Below are positions 26,498 to 40,300 of a DNA stretch of 64,000 nt, piece by piece. This stretch comes from Mytilus californianus (taxonomy: Eukaryota): NCBI RefSeq assembly GCF_021869535.1, contig NW_026262734.1:52948001-53012000 (forward strand). The letters run 5' to 3'. Numbering within the stretch: the stretch's first letter is position 1; each line of letters begins with the position of its first letter. Under the pieces are notes generated by a model. It saw only the letters and a list, made by a program, of their open reading frames with translations. It was not told where the DNA came from and made no database searches. The translations under genes and the position numbers were made by a program.

Positions 26498-27832
26498 CTA
26501 TCTGGATGAACTCGCAAAGATTGGTCGCCTGAAAAATATGGGAGGACAAAGGAGAGACAAAAGTAAATTGACAGCAGAGAATATGCTCAAGGCAGGACTC
26601 GACCAAACTGTGCAATGGACTTCATCCACAGAATGCACTGTTCCATCACAGACAGCATTTGGGACGATTTATAATGTGGACATTGTCAATGAAGTGTGCA
26701 ATTGTCCAGCAGCAACAACAAGAGGTATTTTTTTAGCATCTTAAGTCAGTCCAACAATGTTTAAAAGTACACCATCAAGTATGAATTGTTATAATCAAGA
26801 TTAGTAATTTCGGGTACCGTATATGGTTCCCGGAAATGCTTATCCTTCTAAAGCACCTAATTTCACTTCAGGTATTCAGTGGAATTCGTGTTGTTTATTA
26901 TTGTTTTTTACTGTTGTTGTAAATGTCTTATGGTTTTATGAGTCTCCTCGGTTTTGATTGTTTTTGTCTTCCAACAAGGCATTATCAACCGTCATAAGGT
27001 TATACAAGTGCAAATAATCATTTTCCTCATCAAATTTTCTAAAACAATGCGATCCAATTTAAGTAAATCTTTACTCAACGTTCATTAGTGGTTTTGTTTA
27101 AAGTTTGTACAATTGAAAGTGAACCATAAAAGTACAAGTTATTTATGTTCCATTCTCTACTATTTTTCAGGAATGTGTAAGCATGTTCATTTAGCTGAAT
27201 TGATTGCTTCTAAAAGGAACATCGACCTTACTGTAGAGCGCAGATCAGAAGCAATGGATGTATTTAATGCAGAACAATATTTTTATGACAGTGATAACAA
27301 CCAGGTAGAGGTTTTGTCAAGATTGGGAAATGTATCAGTTGTTAATTTGACCTCTTTCAAATGTACATGTTTTGCCAATAGCCATGGTAAACATTGTGTT
27401 TGTGTGATGGTAGCAAAACTGGTAGTTCCATCACCTGACATAGAGTCTACCTCAATTGATGAAACAAAACAACAATTAATTGAAGACAAAGAAACAACCG
27501 ACCAGGCTATTAAAAGAAAAATTGAGGAAATCAATTTATATGTAAACAATAAAAATTTCCAGACAATTGACGTGAAAAAAAAGAAAGCTATTTGTCAAGC
27601 ACTCACAACGGCATTACATATTTGTAAGACAACCAACTTTTCCAAAACAACAAGAAAGCGAAAGCAGCAACCGCTGTTTCCAAGCAGAAAATCCAAAAGT
27701 CCAAAAACTGATCATGACTATTCAGTAAGCCGAAAGTGTGTTCTGAAAAAACGGGGGCGTAAAGTTAATGATGATGGCAGTTTCAAATCTACGCACAGAA
27801 AGAAAGGATCCATTCGTAAACCATTTCAATGA
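26498..27832 (+). CDS. C-terminal transposase exons: two SWIM-type zinc fingers and a basic tail
   Basis: VCNCPAATTR|GMCKHVH across the 26724/27171 splice; FKCTCFANSHGKHCVC; basic NLS-like RKRK and KKRGRK; stop at 27830-27832. Confidence 0.85.
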
Positions 27833-29398
27833 AAAAAATAATGAAATATTATAACTGCCTTTTCTAGATATTCGTTCAAAAATTGTATATGTTACATAGG
27901 TGCTTAAATGCTTTAAAAGTAGGACATATACAGTTTGCTCTTGAAATGTTTTGCAAAGATACTGATGTGAACAAATGGATATAATTTAATATAACAAATA
28001 CCTATTCCTAATGATGATTTTGTCAAGCAGATAACTTGGCTAATTATTACATTGGACTAGGTCTGTTTGTTGTCTCAAGTAGGTTATATTTTTTAAGCAA
28101 ATGATCAAATATGTTTTAAGTTAAGATAATACGTGTCATGTGTCTAATAAATCATTACCTGGCAGCATTGTCTGTATTGTCTTCCAAAAGGCCTCAAAAA
28201 CTTTCCCATGCATTGCCTTGTTTACATTAGTTTTATTTAGTTAGGCTATAACATGGCCAACAATTTCTCTGCAAATATAAGTTAAGACAGCAATTTTATT
28301 ATTATAGGACATTTCTTTACCTACACAATTTTATATAATGACACCATCTTAATTATTCTAGTTTTAATAAGAATCACTTAATCTAAGCAAATAAAAGACT
28401 TAATTTACAAGAATGCATTTTATTTTATTGACTTAAATATTTTTTTTTAAATGTTTTAATATGTTAATACTATAATGCTTAATTTATGTCATTACTAACA
28501 AAAATTGTATTCAATAATTTCAAATGTTTCCTAGCTACAACAAAATAGAGCATGTTAAACCGTTGGAAAATAAATGAGAATAGCAATGTTATACATATCA
28601 ATAAAAAAACAAAGGACCAAGTCGAATTGTAAGGCCAAATTAAATAGTAATTTGTACATCAATAATTATAAGTCAATTGTTCTACCTAGCTTTCTGATAA
28701 ACATGTAGTGTGGATTGTTTCAAGTTTATGACCAGTAAGAAGTAGATTGTATATGATTTTATAGTTAGTATTCTAACGATGCTATTAATTTTAAAATGAT
28801 TGATTCCATGTCATTTTGCTTTGAAAAGTTTATTATTTAGTACACAGAGAAATGTGAAACCTTGAGTTGTTTTTTACGTTTTGGTCGGGTTGTTGTTTCT
28901 TTGACATAATCCCTGTGTCCATAAAGTTATATTAAAACGAAATCTGTTTTTAAACAGCTGGTAGTATGTTTGTGTTTGACTGTATATTAAAATGATAACT
29001 ACACATTTCCATTCGCTTTTAACACAATTGTTCATTTTCTATATATAGACCTCGAGTGTAAAAAGATAGATTGCATTATAGACTTGATTATGAATTTATG
29101 ATCTGAATTTTGTCACAAATTTAGTCTAGAATAATTATTGAAACAGATAAGCAATCAATTGAATAGATGATAACTCAGTTTATAATTGATTGTTGAGAAG
29201 ATAAATACATAATGATCATGGTATTTGGAAAATGTATGTTTTATATATTTCATGTTAATCTAGATGTTTGCATTTTCTATTGTGTATTTTATTCCATACT
29301 CTTAGTATGTAATAAAGATGTCAAGAAGACGATTGCCTTTGTAGCCATTATAAATCCAATGTTCATAAAATCTGAACAATTGAATTCTCCTCAAACAC

Positions 29399-31318
29399 TT
29401 ACTTAGTTTTTTCAATGTCACCCTTTTTTTGGGCAGATGTCCCTTTCATTTTTTTGCATACAGCCTTTTTGGTTGCTTCTTTGTCAACAAGAGCCTCGGT
29501 CAAAGTGTTTAAAGATTGAACTTGATAGTCAACATCACCTGAAAATGAAGTGAAATACAGTTGTGATCTTTTCTTGGAGTTAAGCTGATAAATATATGTA
29601 ATAAGACATATTAAGCACCGTTATGAAAGTTCTTACAACTTAAAAAAATGTCTTACAGATTGGCAAAGCGACATGTATATGATTCACAGTAGACATATGA
29701 TTTCAAAAGATACAGTTATATACCAAGGGATCATAAACTCAAGCATGAACAATATTATGGGCACCACATAATAAGCTGGATCTGATAACCAATATAGATA
29801 ACCTGAGACCACCCTAGTTTTTTATGGGGTTTATGTTGCTCAGTTTTATTTTTTCTATATTGAATTATAATGATTGCATTTTTGACTTTCCATCATTTTT
29901 TTAAATTTTTTTGCTCAGCTTTGTCAGTTTGTTCTCCAAATTTCAGTTTGATTGTTCCTTTCGACCCATTCACCATTCCTTACCTTCTAATCAATCAATG
30001 CTTAAAAAAACACGAGATCATCAATTTATGTGTTTTAACCAGCATAAACTGTTTTCTTTGAGAATCAAGTGTATTCACTAAAGTCTTACCGTTTGTTAAC
30101 ATGGACCAGGCTGATGTGATCGGTGGCACTATGTTTGTTGGTTTTGGAATCAAATTGACTAGTCTTGAAAGTTCCTTTCGATTTTGTTGAGTAGTATTTG
30201 ATTTCCCTATTGTCAAGTAATCACCTATCTGGTGAACTGACATTCTGTCTGGTCCCTGGACTCTGGCCGTGATTTCATCTCCCTTCACCATATAAATCAT
30301 TCTTTTCTCCGTTTTGTTTGTTTTCATTGACTGTAGTCTACTTCTCACAGGTCTAATGTCTTTTTAAAATAAATTGGAAAATAATCATGAACCCTTATGA
30401 TAAGAATAATGAGAAACTTAAAATTGTGTTTTTGTTAGCCTATTAAAAGAAATCAATGACTTGAATTATTTAAGGCACAATGTAAAAATAAATGATACAG
30501 GGAGCTTCTAAATGTATAAAATTACCAAGTAAATATCAAACTAGTATATGTATAGGTTGTTACTAAACAGATAAAAGCCATTCCTGAAAATGTGAAGGTA
30601 CAGTCATCACACAGGACATTTAGCTTTGTTATTCATAAAAAGTAATTGGAAAGACAATAATAAAACAAGTAATGATTCATATCCAAATCCATGAAGTGCT
30701 AAATATAATGATTGTTGAGGTGAAATATAGATTGTTGGTGATCATGGTATGCAAATGATCAAAAAAATATAATGTACATACTTGCAATCCTAAACTCCTC
30801 AAAAGAAGTAATCTCATTCCAATCCGTCGTCTCACTTGTACCTGTTGAGATAAGAGTATTATTCAGGATAATTGATAAGAAACCAATCAAAACACAATTA
30901 CTTTAATCATAAAATGTAATCCTAGTTATCTTCGGTAATTAATTCCTGGTGGTTGCATTGATTTTGTGTACAAAATAACTACATAATATCAATGTCTTGA
31001 TCATTATGATACCATTTTTAGAAACAAAGTGACATTTTTCTACCCCAATATCTCCTAAATAAAATTAGGTTGGGGGTTGAGCCAGTCAACTCCAAAGCCT
31101 GCCCTGTGAAGAAGTATATTAAAAACTTCAATTGTTTTCTTTATATAAAGTATAACAAAAACTATTATATGCTTCATATTTAAAAATATATCATTCTAAA
31201 ATAGGAAAATAATTCATTTTGGTCAATTTCCCTACTTTTTTGTCACCTTTTTCAATGTTCATAAATTTAACTATGGCTCCACATCTTGCCCATTCAATTT
31301 TGATGAAATTGGCAATAT
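29399..31318 (-). CDS. Four minus-strand coding exons (~180 aa) of unknown function; either the C-terminal extension of the Ulp1-PHD gene or a third element gene
   Basis: Exons 31247-31318, 30782-30841, 30090-30359 and 29399-29538, all phase 1-1 and stop-free: IANFIKIEWARCGAIVKFMNIEK-G-TSETTDWNEITSFEEFRIA-N-IRPVRSRLQSMK...WSMLTN-G-DVDYQVQSLNTLTEALVDKEATKK...IEKTK*. The 31247-31318 exon has weak splice sites. Confidence 0.68.
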
Positions 31319-31329
31319 CTTGTTAAGTT

Positions 31330-34300
31330 GACCACATGTAACCAATTCAATATTTTTGTAAAGTAATCTCAACAGGAAAATGAAATTACTTTTCAATCAA
31401 ACCTAAGTAGCATTTTTACAAATATCAATAACAAGTTTTAAGTTCAAAAAGAATGATAGTTTCAGTATCATAAAACTTAATGAACTTATCCATCATGATT
31501 AAATGCATACATACCACTCTCATCTACATTTTCTGTTGACTTCTAAAAATAGAAGATAAAAATTATAATGATTGTATTAGGAAATCAATTGATTTATCAA
31601 AAATTATCTAATAATGATAAGTATAAATTGTCTACATAATCAATTGTAAAAATCCTCTTGACAAAGTAAGAAATTTTAATTATTTTCTAAGATTTGTTTT
31701 TTAGACGACTCTGAAAGACAATGTACATTTTTTAATGGTTATTAATATATTGAAATTAATATAACAATATAACATATTCTCCCTGAACCAAGAATGTATA
31801 TCTAACCTGATCTTCATCTTTTTTCTAGATCTTCGGTTGTCTAACATTATCTACTAATGAAAAGAAATAAAACCATGAACCATTCAAATGTAAATGTTGA
31901 TATTTTTTTGCAATTTATATTAACATTAATTGTTTCATTTTCTGTTATAAAAGACTAAATAAAACAAGTTTTGTTTGCGTAAGTGTGTCCAGAGGTTACC
32001 ATATTTCATATCAACATAAGGTGATCAGAGGTGACAAAATCTGAAATCTACAGAAGGTGACCAGAGGTAACCAAATCCCATGTATGAATAAGATGACCAG
32101 ATGTAACCAAATCAATTATCTGCATAAGGTGACCAGAGGAAGCCAAATCCGAAATATGCAGAAGATGACCAGATAATTACAATATCTGCATAAACTTAGG
32201 TAACCAAAACTTATATTTAAATCAGGTGACCAACAGTAACAAAACCCTATTATAACTTTTAAAAGTGACCAGTAATTACCAGATACCATATCTTGGGAAG
32301 ATGACCACATGTATCCAAAATTAAGAATTTTGTAAGGAAATTCTTAAAGAATATTGAATTTACTTTTCAATCAAACCTAAGTAGCCGTTTTAACAAAAAA
32401 TGATAACCAGTTTTGTGTTAGAATAGAATGATAATTTCAGTATTATAAAAACTTCATGTACTTATGCATCATATATAATGATTATATATCACAAATTAAA
32501 TGCGTACATACCTCTTTCATCTACATTTTCTAGTGACTTCTGAAAAAAAAGATAACAAATACAATAATCGTATAAGGAAATCAATTGATTTATCAAAAAT
32601 ATCTACAGAGGATAAGTATCAATTATCAACTGAACATGCTCTTGGCAACGTTTGCAAATTAAATCATTCTCTAACGTTTGTTTTATAGATGATCATGGTA
32701 GACAAAGTTCATTCTGTTAATTGTAATAAAATATTAAAAGTAATATATAATACTTTTCTATATTCTTGTTGAACCCATGATGTATATCAAACCTGTTTTT
32801 CTTCTTTTTTCCCTCTCTTTGATTTTCTAGCATGTTCTAAAATGATAAAAAAAACACAACATGACCAGTTGTAGGTAAATATTGATGACAAGAAATAACC
32901 AAATTCGAATAATACATAGGGTGGCCAGAGATTTCCAATATATGCATGAAATGAACGGAGGTAAACAAATCCAATATCGTCGTAAGGTGACCAGAGGTAA
33001 GTAAACACATTCAATATCGTCGTTAGGTGACCAGAGGTAACCAAATTCTATATGTTGTTCAGATGACCAGAGGTTACCATATACCATATCTTGTAAAGTT
33101 GACAACATGTAGCCAATTTAAATTTTTATAAGGTTATCCCAAAAGAAAAATGTTTTTTTTAATTAAACCTTAAATGCCATTTCACAAAATTCGTAACAAG
33201 TTTAAAGTTTCAATAGAATAATAGTTTCAGTATTATATAGACACAAGGCGCTTATCCATCATAAATAAGAATTATATTTAACAAATTTAATGCATACATA
33301 CCTCTTTTATCTACATTTTCTAGTGACTGAAAAAGAAGATAAAATATATAATGATTACATTAGGAAATCAATTGATTTATCCAAAATAATATAATGAGGG
33401 TAAGTAAAAATTGACTTAATAATCAACTTTAAATGCTCTTGTCAACGTTTGCAAGTTCAAGCATTTTCTAAGATTTGTTTTTAAAAGATCAGGATAGACA
33501 ATGTTCATTCTGTTGAGATCATTAATATTTTAAATGTAATATGCAATACAATTCTATAGTCTTGCTGAACCAGTAATGCATATCAAACCTGTTCTTGTTC
33601 TTTTTTCCTTCTCTTCGATTGTCTTACATTTCCTACAAATAATAACAAAAAATAACATGACTTATGTTTTGATGACCAGAGTTAATTAAATCTGAAATCT
33701 GCATAAGGTGACCAAAGGTCCTCAAATCCAATATCTGCATAAGGTGACCAGAGGTTCCCAAATCCAATATCTGCATAAGGTGACCAAAGGTCCCCAAATC
33801 ATATATCTGCATAAGGTGAACAGATATATAACAAATCAAATTTCTTCATAGAGTCACCAGAGGTCCCCAAATCGGAAATCTGCATAAGAAGACCAGAGGT
33901 CCTCAAATCCAATATCTGCATAAGGTGACCAGGAACTCTAATCCAATATCTGCATAAGGTGAACAGAGGTCCCAAAATCCAATATCTGCATGAGGTGACC
34001 AGATTTATCCCAATCCAATATCTTCATAAGGTGACCAGAGGTCCCCAAATCCAATATTTGCATAAAGTGACCAGAGGTCCTAAAATCCAATATCTGCATA
34101 AGGTGACCAGAGGTCCCCAAATCCAATATCTGCATAAGGTGACAAGAGGTTACTAAATCTAGTATCTGCATTAGATGACCAATGGTAATCCGATTTCATA
34201 TCATGTTAAGATCACTAGAGATAATCTGATACCATATATGATAAAATTGATCACTTATAGCTAATTAAATATTTTTCTAAGTTAATCCAAAGAGAAAAAG

Positions 34301-37300
34301 AAATTTTTCAATCAAACCTAAGTAGCGATTTTAAAGCTATCGATAACAAGTTGTAAGTTTAAATAGAAATTTAGTTTCAGTATCATATAGACGTAATGAA
34401 CCTATCCATCATACTAAAAAAATGATAAAATAAATACAAACCACTTTCATCTTCATTTTCTGTTGACTTCTGAAAAAAGAAGTTAAATATTAAATAATCG
34501 TATAGGAAATCAACTGATTTATCCAAAGGATCTAATGAAGATACGTATAAATTGACTTCGTTATCGGCTCTTGACAACGCAAGCAAATTCAATTATTTTT
34601 AAGATTTATTTCTAAATGATCATGGAAGATAATGTACATTTTTTCTGTTCAGTGTTACTTAGATAGTAAATATAATGTTATAGTATTCTATATTTTGAAC
34701 CAATGATATATACAAACCTGTTCTTCTTTTTTCACCCTCTTCAAATTTCTCACATTTTCTACAAATGATAAAAAAAACTCAACATTTAAAAAAGAAATTG
34801 TGGTATTATTGCCAATGAGACAACTGTTCACAACAAACCAAATGACACAGAAATTAACAAGTATAAGTCACTGTACGGCCTTCAACAATGAGCAACGTCC
34901 ATACCGCATAGTCAGTTATTAAAGGCCCGGAAATAAGAAATGTAAAATAATTCAAACGATCATACATCTAAGACTACATATGACCAATTTTTGTAAAATT
35001 TAATGACCAGTGAATAACAAAATCCGAAATCTGAAAAAGGTGTCAACTGTCAAGAGAATTCCAATAACAACAGAAAGTGACCAAAGATAACTAAATACAG
35101 TATCTGCTTCAGGTGATCAGTGTTAACACAATTCTATATCATTTTAAGGTTGCTTAGGGTACTCAAATACCATATCTGGGAAAGTTGACCATATGCAGCC
35201 AATTAAATATACCAAAAATAATTAATTTCAATCAAACCGAAGAAGCCATTTTACAGCTATCGATAACAAGTTTTAAGTTCAAAAAGAATAATAGTTGCAG
35301 CATTATATAAACATAGTGTATGTTTTCATCATATTAAAGGTTTGATACAATAAATTAAATGCATACATACCACTTTCATCTACATTTTCTGAGGACTTCT
35401 AAAAAAAAGAAGATAAACATCTGATATTTGTATTAGTAAATTCAATTTTATTTATCCATAATTATCTTATGAGGTTAAGTAAAAATTGACAACATTTTCA
35501 ACTGTCAATGCTCTTGGCAATGTTTGCAAGGTCAATGATTTTCAAAGATTTGTTCTTTAAAAGATCAGGATAGACAATGATCATTCTGTTGAGTGCTATT
35601 AATATTTTAAATGTAATATGCAATACAATTCTATAGCCTTGCTGAACCAGTAATGCATATTAACCTTTTCTTGTTCTTTTTTTCCTCTCTTCGATTGTCT
35701 TACGTTTCCTACAAATGATAAAAAACATAACATGACTTATGTTTTGATGACCAAAGGTAACAAAATCCAATATTTACATAGGGTGACCAGAGGTCACCAA
35801 ATCCAATATTTACATAAGGTGACCAGAGGTCACCAAATCTAATATTAACATTAGGTGACCAGAAGTCACCAAATCCAGTATTTACATAAGATGAACTGAG
35901 GTCACCAAATCCAATATATGAATAAGGTGACTAGAAGTTACTCCATTCTAGCATATTAAGGCAAACAGAGGTTAACAAATCCAAACTGGTTAAGATGACC
36001 ACATGTAATCAACTTAAATATTTGTGAAAGGTAATCAAGAAACAAAAAAAATGATTAGTTCAATCGAGCCTAAGTGGCCATTTTACCAGAAACGATTGCA
36101 AGTTTCAAGTTCAAAAAGAATAATAGTTGCAGCATTATATAAATATAGTGTATGTTTCCATCATATTAAAAGTTTGATACAATGAATTAAATGCATACAT
36201 ACCACTCTCATCTACATTTTCTGAGGACTTCTGAAAAAAAGAAGATAAGTATATGATAATTGTATTAGTAAATTCAATTTTATTTATCCAAAAGTATCTT
36301 ATGAGGATCAGTTTTATTTTATTTAATTATCAACTGTCCGTGCTCTTGGCAATGTTTGAAAGATCAATGATTTTTCTTTAATTTGTTTGTAGATGATCAT
36401 GAAAGATAATGATCATTGTGTTAAGTTTTATCGGTACATTAAACTTAATGTAATAATATTCTATATTCTTGTTGAATCCATAATGTATATCAAACCTGTT
36501 CTTCTTCTTTTTTGTCTTTCTTTGATTGTCTCAAATTTTCTACAAATGATATGAAAAACATCAACTAGTTGTATGCAAATGTTATTTACCAGAGATAACC
36601 AAATCTGAAAACTGCATAAGGTGACCAGAGGTAACCAAATCCAATATTAACATAAGGTGACCAGAGGTCACCAAATCCTATATTTCCATAAGATGACCAG
36701 AGGTAACCAAATCCAATATATGAATAAGGTGACTAGAAGTTACCCCATTCTAGCATATTAAGGCCAACAGAAGTTAACAAATCCCATTTCTGGCTAAGAT
36801 GACCACATGATATCAACTTAAATATTTGTGTAAGGTAATCAAGAAACAAAAAAAATGATTAGTTCAATCGAGCCTAAGTGGCCATTTTACCAGAAACGAT
36901 TGCAAGTTTCAAGTTCAAAAAGAATAATAGTTGCAGCTTTATATAAGTATAGTGTATATTTCCATCATATTAAAAGTTTGATACAATGAATTAAATGCAT
37001 ACATACCACTCTCATCTACATTTTCTGAGGACTTCTGAAAAAAGAAGATAAATATATGATAATTGTATAAGTAAATTCAATTTTATTTATCCAAAAGTAT
37101 CTTATGAGGATCAGTTTTATTTTATTTACTTATCAACTGTCCGTGCTCTTGGCAATGTTTGAAAGATCAATGATTTTTCTTTAATTTGTTTGTAGATGAT
37201 CATGAAAGATAATGATCATTGTGTAAAGTTTTATCGGTACATTAAAGTTAATGTAATAATATTCTATATTCTTGTTGAATCCATAATGTATATCAAACCT

Positions 37301-40300
37301 GTTCCTCTTCTTTTTTGTCTTTCTTTGATTGTCTCAAATTTTCTACAAATGATATGAAAAACATCAACTAGTTGTATGCAAATGTTATTTACCAGAGATA
37401 ACCAAATCTGAAAACTACATAAGGTGACCAGAGGTAACCAAATCCAATATTAACATAAGATGACCAGAGGTCACCAAATCCTATATTTCCATAAGATGAC
37501 CAGAGGTAACCAAATCCAATATATGAATAAGGTGACTAGAAGTTACCCCATTCCAGCATATTAAGGCCAACAGAAGTTAACAAATCCCATTTCTGGCTAA
37601 GATGACCACATGATATCAACTTAAATATTTGTGTAAGGTAATCAAGAAACAAAAAAAATTATTAGTTCAATCGAGCCTAAGTGGCCATTTTACCAGAAAC
37701 GATTGCAAGTTTCAAGTTCAAAAAGAATAATAGTTGCAGCATTATATAAATATTGTGTATGTTTCCATCATATTAAAAGTTTGATACAATGAATTAAATG
37801 CATACATACCACTCTCATCTACATTTTCTGAGGACTTCTGAAAAAAGAAGATAAGTATATGATAATTGTATTAGTAAATTCAATTTTATTTATCCAAAAG
37901 TATCTTATGAGGATCAGTTTTATTTTATTTAATTATCAACTGTCCGTGCTCTTGGCAATGTTTGAAAGATCAATGATTTTTTTTCTTAAATTTGTTTGTA
38001 GATGATCATGAAAGATAATGATCATTGTGTAAAGTTTTATCGGTACATTAAACTTAATGTAATAATATTCTATATTCTTGTTGAATCCATAATGTATATC
38101 AAACCTGTTCTTCTTCTTTTTTGTCTTTCTTTGATTGTCTCAAATTTTCTACAAATGATATGAAAAACATCAACTAGTTGTATGCAAATGTTATTTACCA
38201 GAGATAACCAAATCTGAAAACTACATAAGGTGACCAGAGGTAACCAAATCCAATATTAACATAAGGTGACCAGAGGTCACCAAATCCTATATTTCCATAA
38301 GATGACCAGAGGTAACCAAATCCAATATATGAATAAGGTGACTAGAAGTTACCCCATTCTAGCATATTAAGGCCAACAGAAGTTAACAAATCCCATTTCT
38401 GGCTAAGATGACCACATGATATCAACTTAAATATTTGTGTAAGGTAATCAAGAAAAAAAAAATGATTAGTTCAATCGAGCCTAAGTGGCCATTGTACCAG
38501 AAACGATTGCAAGTTGTAAGTTCAAAAAGAATAATAGTTGCAGCATTATATAAATATTGTGTATGTTTCCATCATATTAAAAGTTTGATACAATGAATTA
38601 AATGCATACATACCACTCTCATCTACATTTTCTGAGGACTTCTGAAAAAAGAAGATAAGTATATGATAATTGTATTAGTAAATTCAATTTTATTTATCCA
38701 AAAGTATCTTATGAGGATCAGTTTTATTTTATTTAATTATCAACTGTCCGTGCTCTTGGCAATGTTTGAAAGATCAATGATTTTTCTTAAATTTGTTTGT
38801 AGATGATCATGAAAGATAATGATCATTGTGTAAAGTTTTATCGGTACATTAAACTTAATGTAATAATATTCTATATTCTTGTTGAATCCATAATGTATAT
38901 CAAACCTGTTCTTCTTCTTTTTTGTCTTTCTTTGATTGTCTCAAATTTTCTACAAATGATATGAAAAACATGTACTAGTTGTATGCAAATGTTATTTACC
39001 AGAGATAACCAAATCTGAAAACTGCATAAGGTGACCAGAGGTAACCAAATCCAATATTAACATAAGGTGACCAGAGGTCACCAAATCCTATATTTCCATA
39101 AGATGACCAGAGGTAACCAAATCCAATATATGAATAAGGTGACTAGAAGTTACCCCATTCCAGCATATTAAGGCCAACAGAAGTTAACAAATCCCATTTC
39201 TGGCTAAGATGACCACATGATATCAACTTAAATATTTGTGTAAGGTAATCAAGAAACAAAAAAAAATATTAGTTCAATCGAGCCTAAGTGGCCATTTTAC
39301 CAGAAACGATTGCAAGTTTCAAGTTCAAAAAGAATAATAGTTGCAGCATTATATAAATATTGTGTATGTTTCCATCATATTAAAAGTTTGATACAATGAA
39401 TTAAATGCATACATACCACTCTCATCTACATTTTCTGAGGACTTCTGAAAAAAGAAGATAAGTATATGATAATTGTATTAGTAAATTCAATTTTATTTAT
39501 CCAAAAGTATCTTATGAGGATCAGTTTTATTTTATTTAATTATCAACTGTCCGTGCTCTTGGCAATGTTTGAAAGATCAATGATTTTTCTTAAATTTGTT
39601 TGTAGATGATCATGAAAGATAATGATCATTGTGTAAAGTTTTATCGGTACATTAAACTTAATGTAATAATATTCTATATTCTTGTTGAATCCATAATGTA
39701 TATCAAACCTGTTCTTCTTCTTTTTTGTCTTTCTTTGATTGTCTCAAATTTTCTACAAATGATATGAAAAACATCAACTAGTTGTATGCAAATGTTATTT
39801 ACCAGAGATAACCAAATCTGAAAACTACATAAGGTGACCAGAGGTAACCAAATCCAATATTAACATAAGGTGACCAGAGGTCACCAAATCCTATATTTCC
39901 ATAAGATGACCAGAGGTAACCAAATCCAATATATGAATAAGGTGACTAGAAGTTACCCCATTCTAGCATATTAAGGCCAACAGAAGTTAACAAATCCCAT
40001 TTCTGGCTAAGATGACCACATGATATCAACTTAAACATTTGTGTAAGGTAATCAAGAAACAAAACAAATGATTAGTTCAATCGAGCCTAAGTGGCCATTG
40101 TACCAGAAACGATTGCAAGTTGTAAGTTCAAAAAGAATAATAGTTGCAGCATTATATAAATATTGTGTATGTTTCCATCATATTAAAAGTTTGATACAAT
40201 GAATTAAATGCATACATACCACTCTCATCTACATTTTCTGAGGACTTCTGAAAAAAGAAGATAAGTATATGATAATTGTATTAGTAAATTCAATTTTATT

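Larger units (their letters stand above)
13749..27832 (+). pseudogene. OTU-domain MULE transposase, ~20 coding exons, ~1,070 aa, disrupted by an in-frame stop
   Basis: Hand-built exons: 13749-13776, 14021-14146, 14577-14672, 15423-15688, 16238-16511, 17777-17902, 19020-19101, 19523-19636, 20108-20186, 20784-20928, 21451-21590, 22631-22717, 23223-23323, 23433-23607, 24304-24400, 24728-24838, 25504-25673, 26189-26290, 26498-26724, 27171-27832. All are GT-AG and phase-compatible except the 19636/20108 junction. TAA at 25528-25530. Confidence 0.87.
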
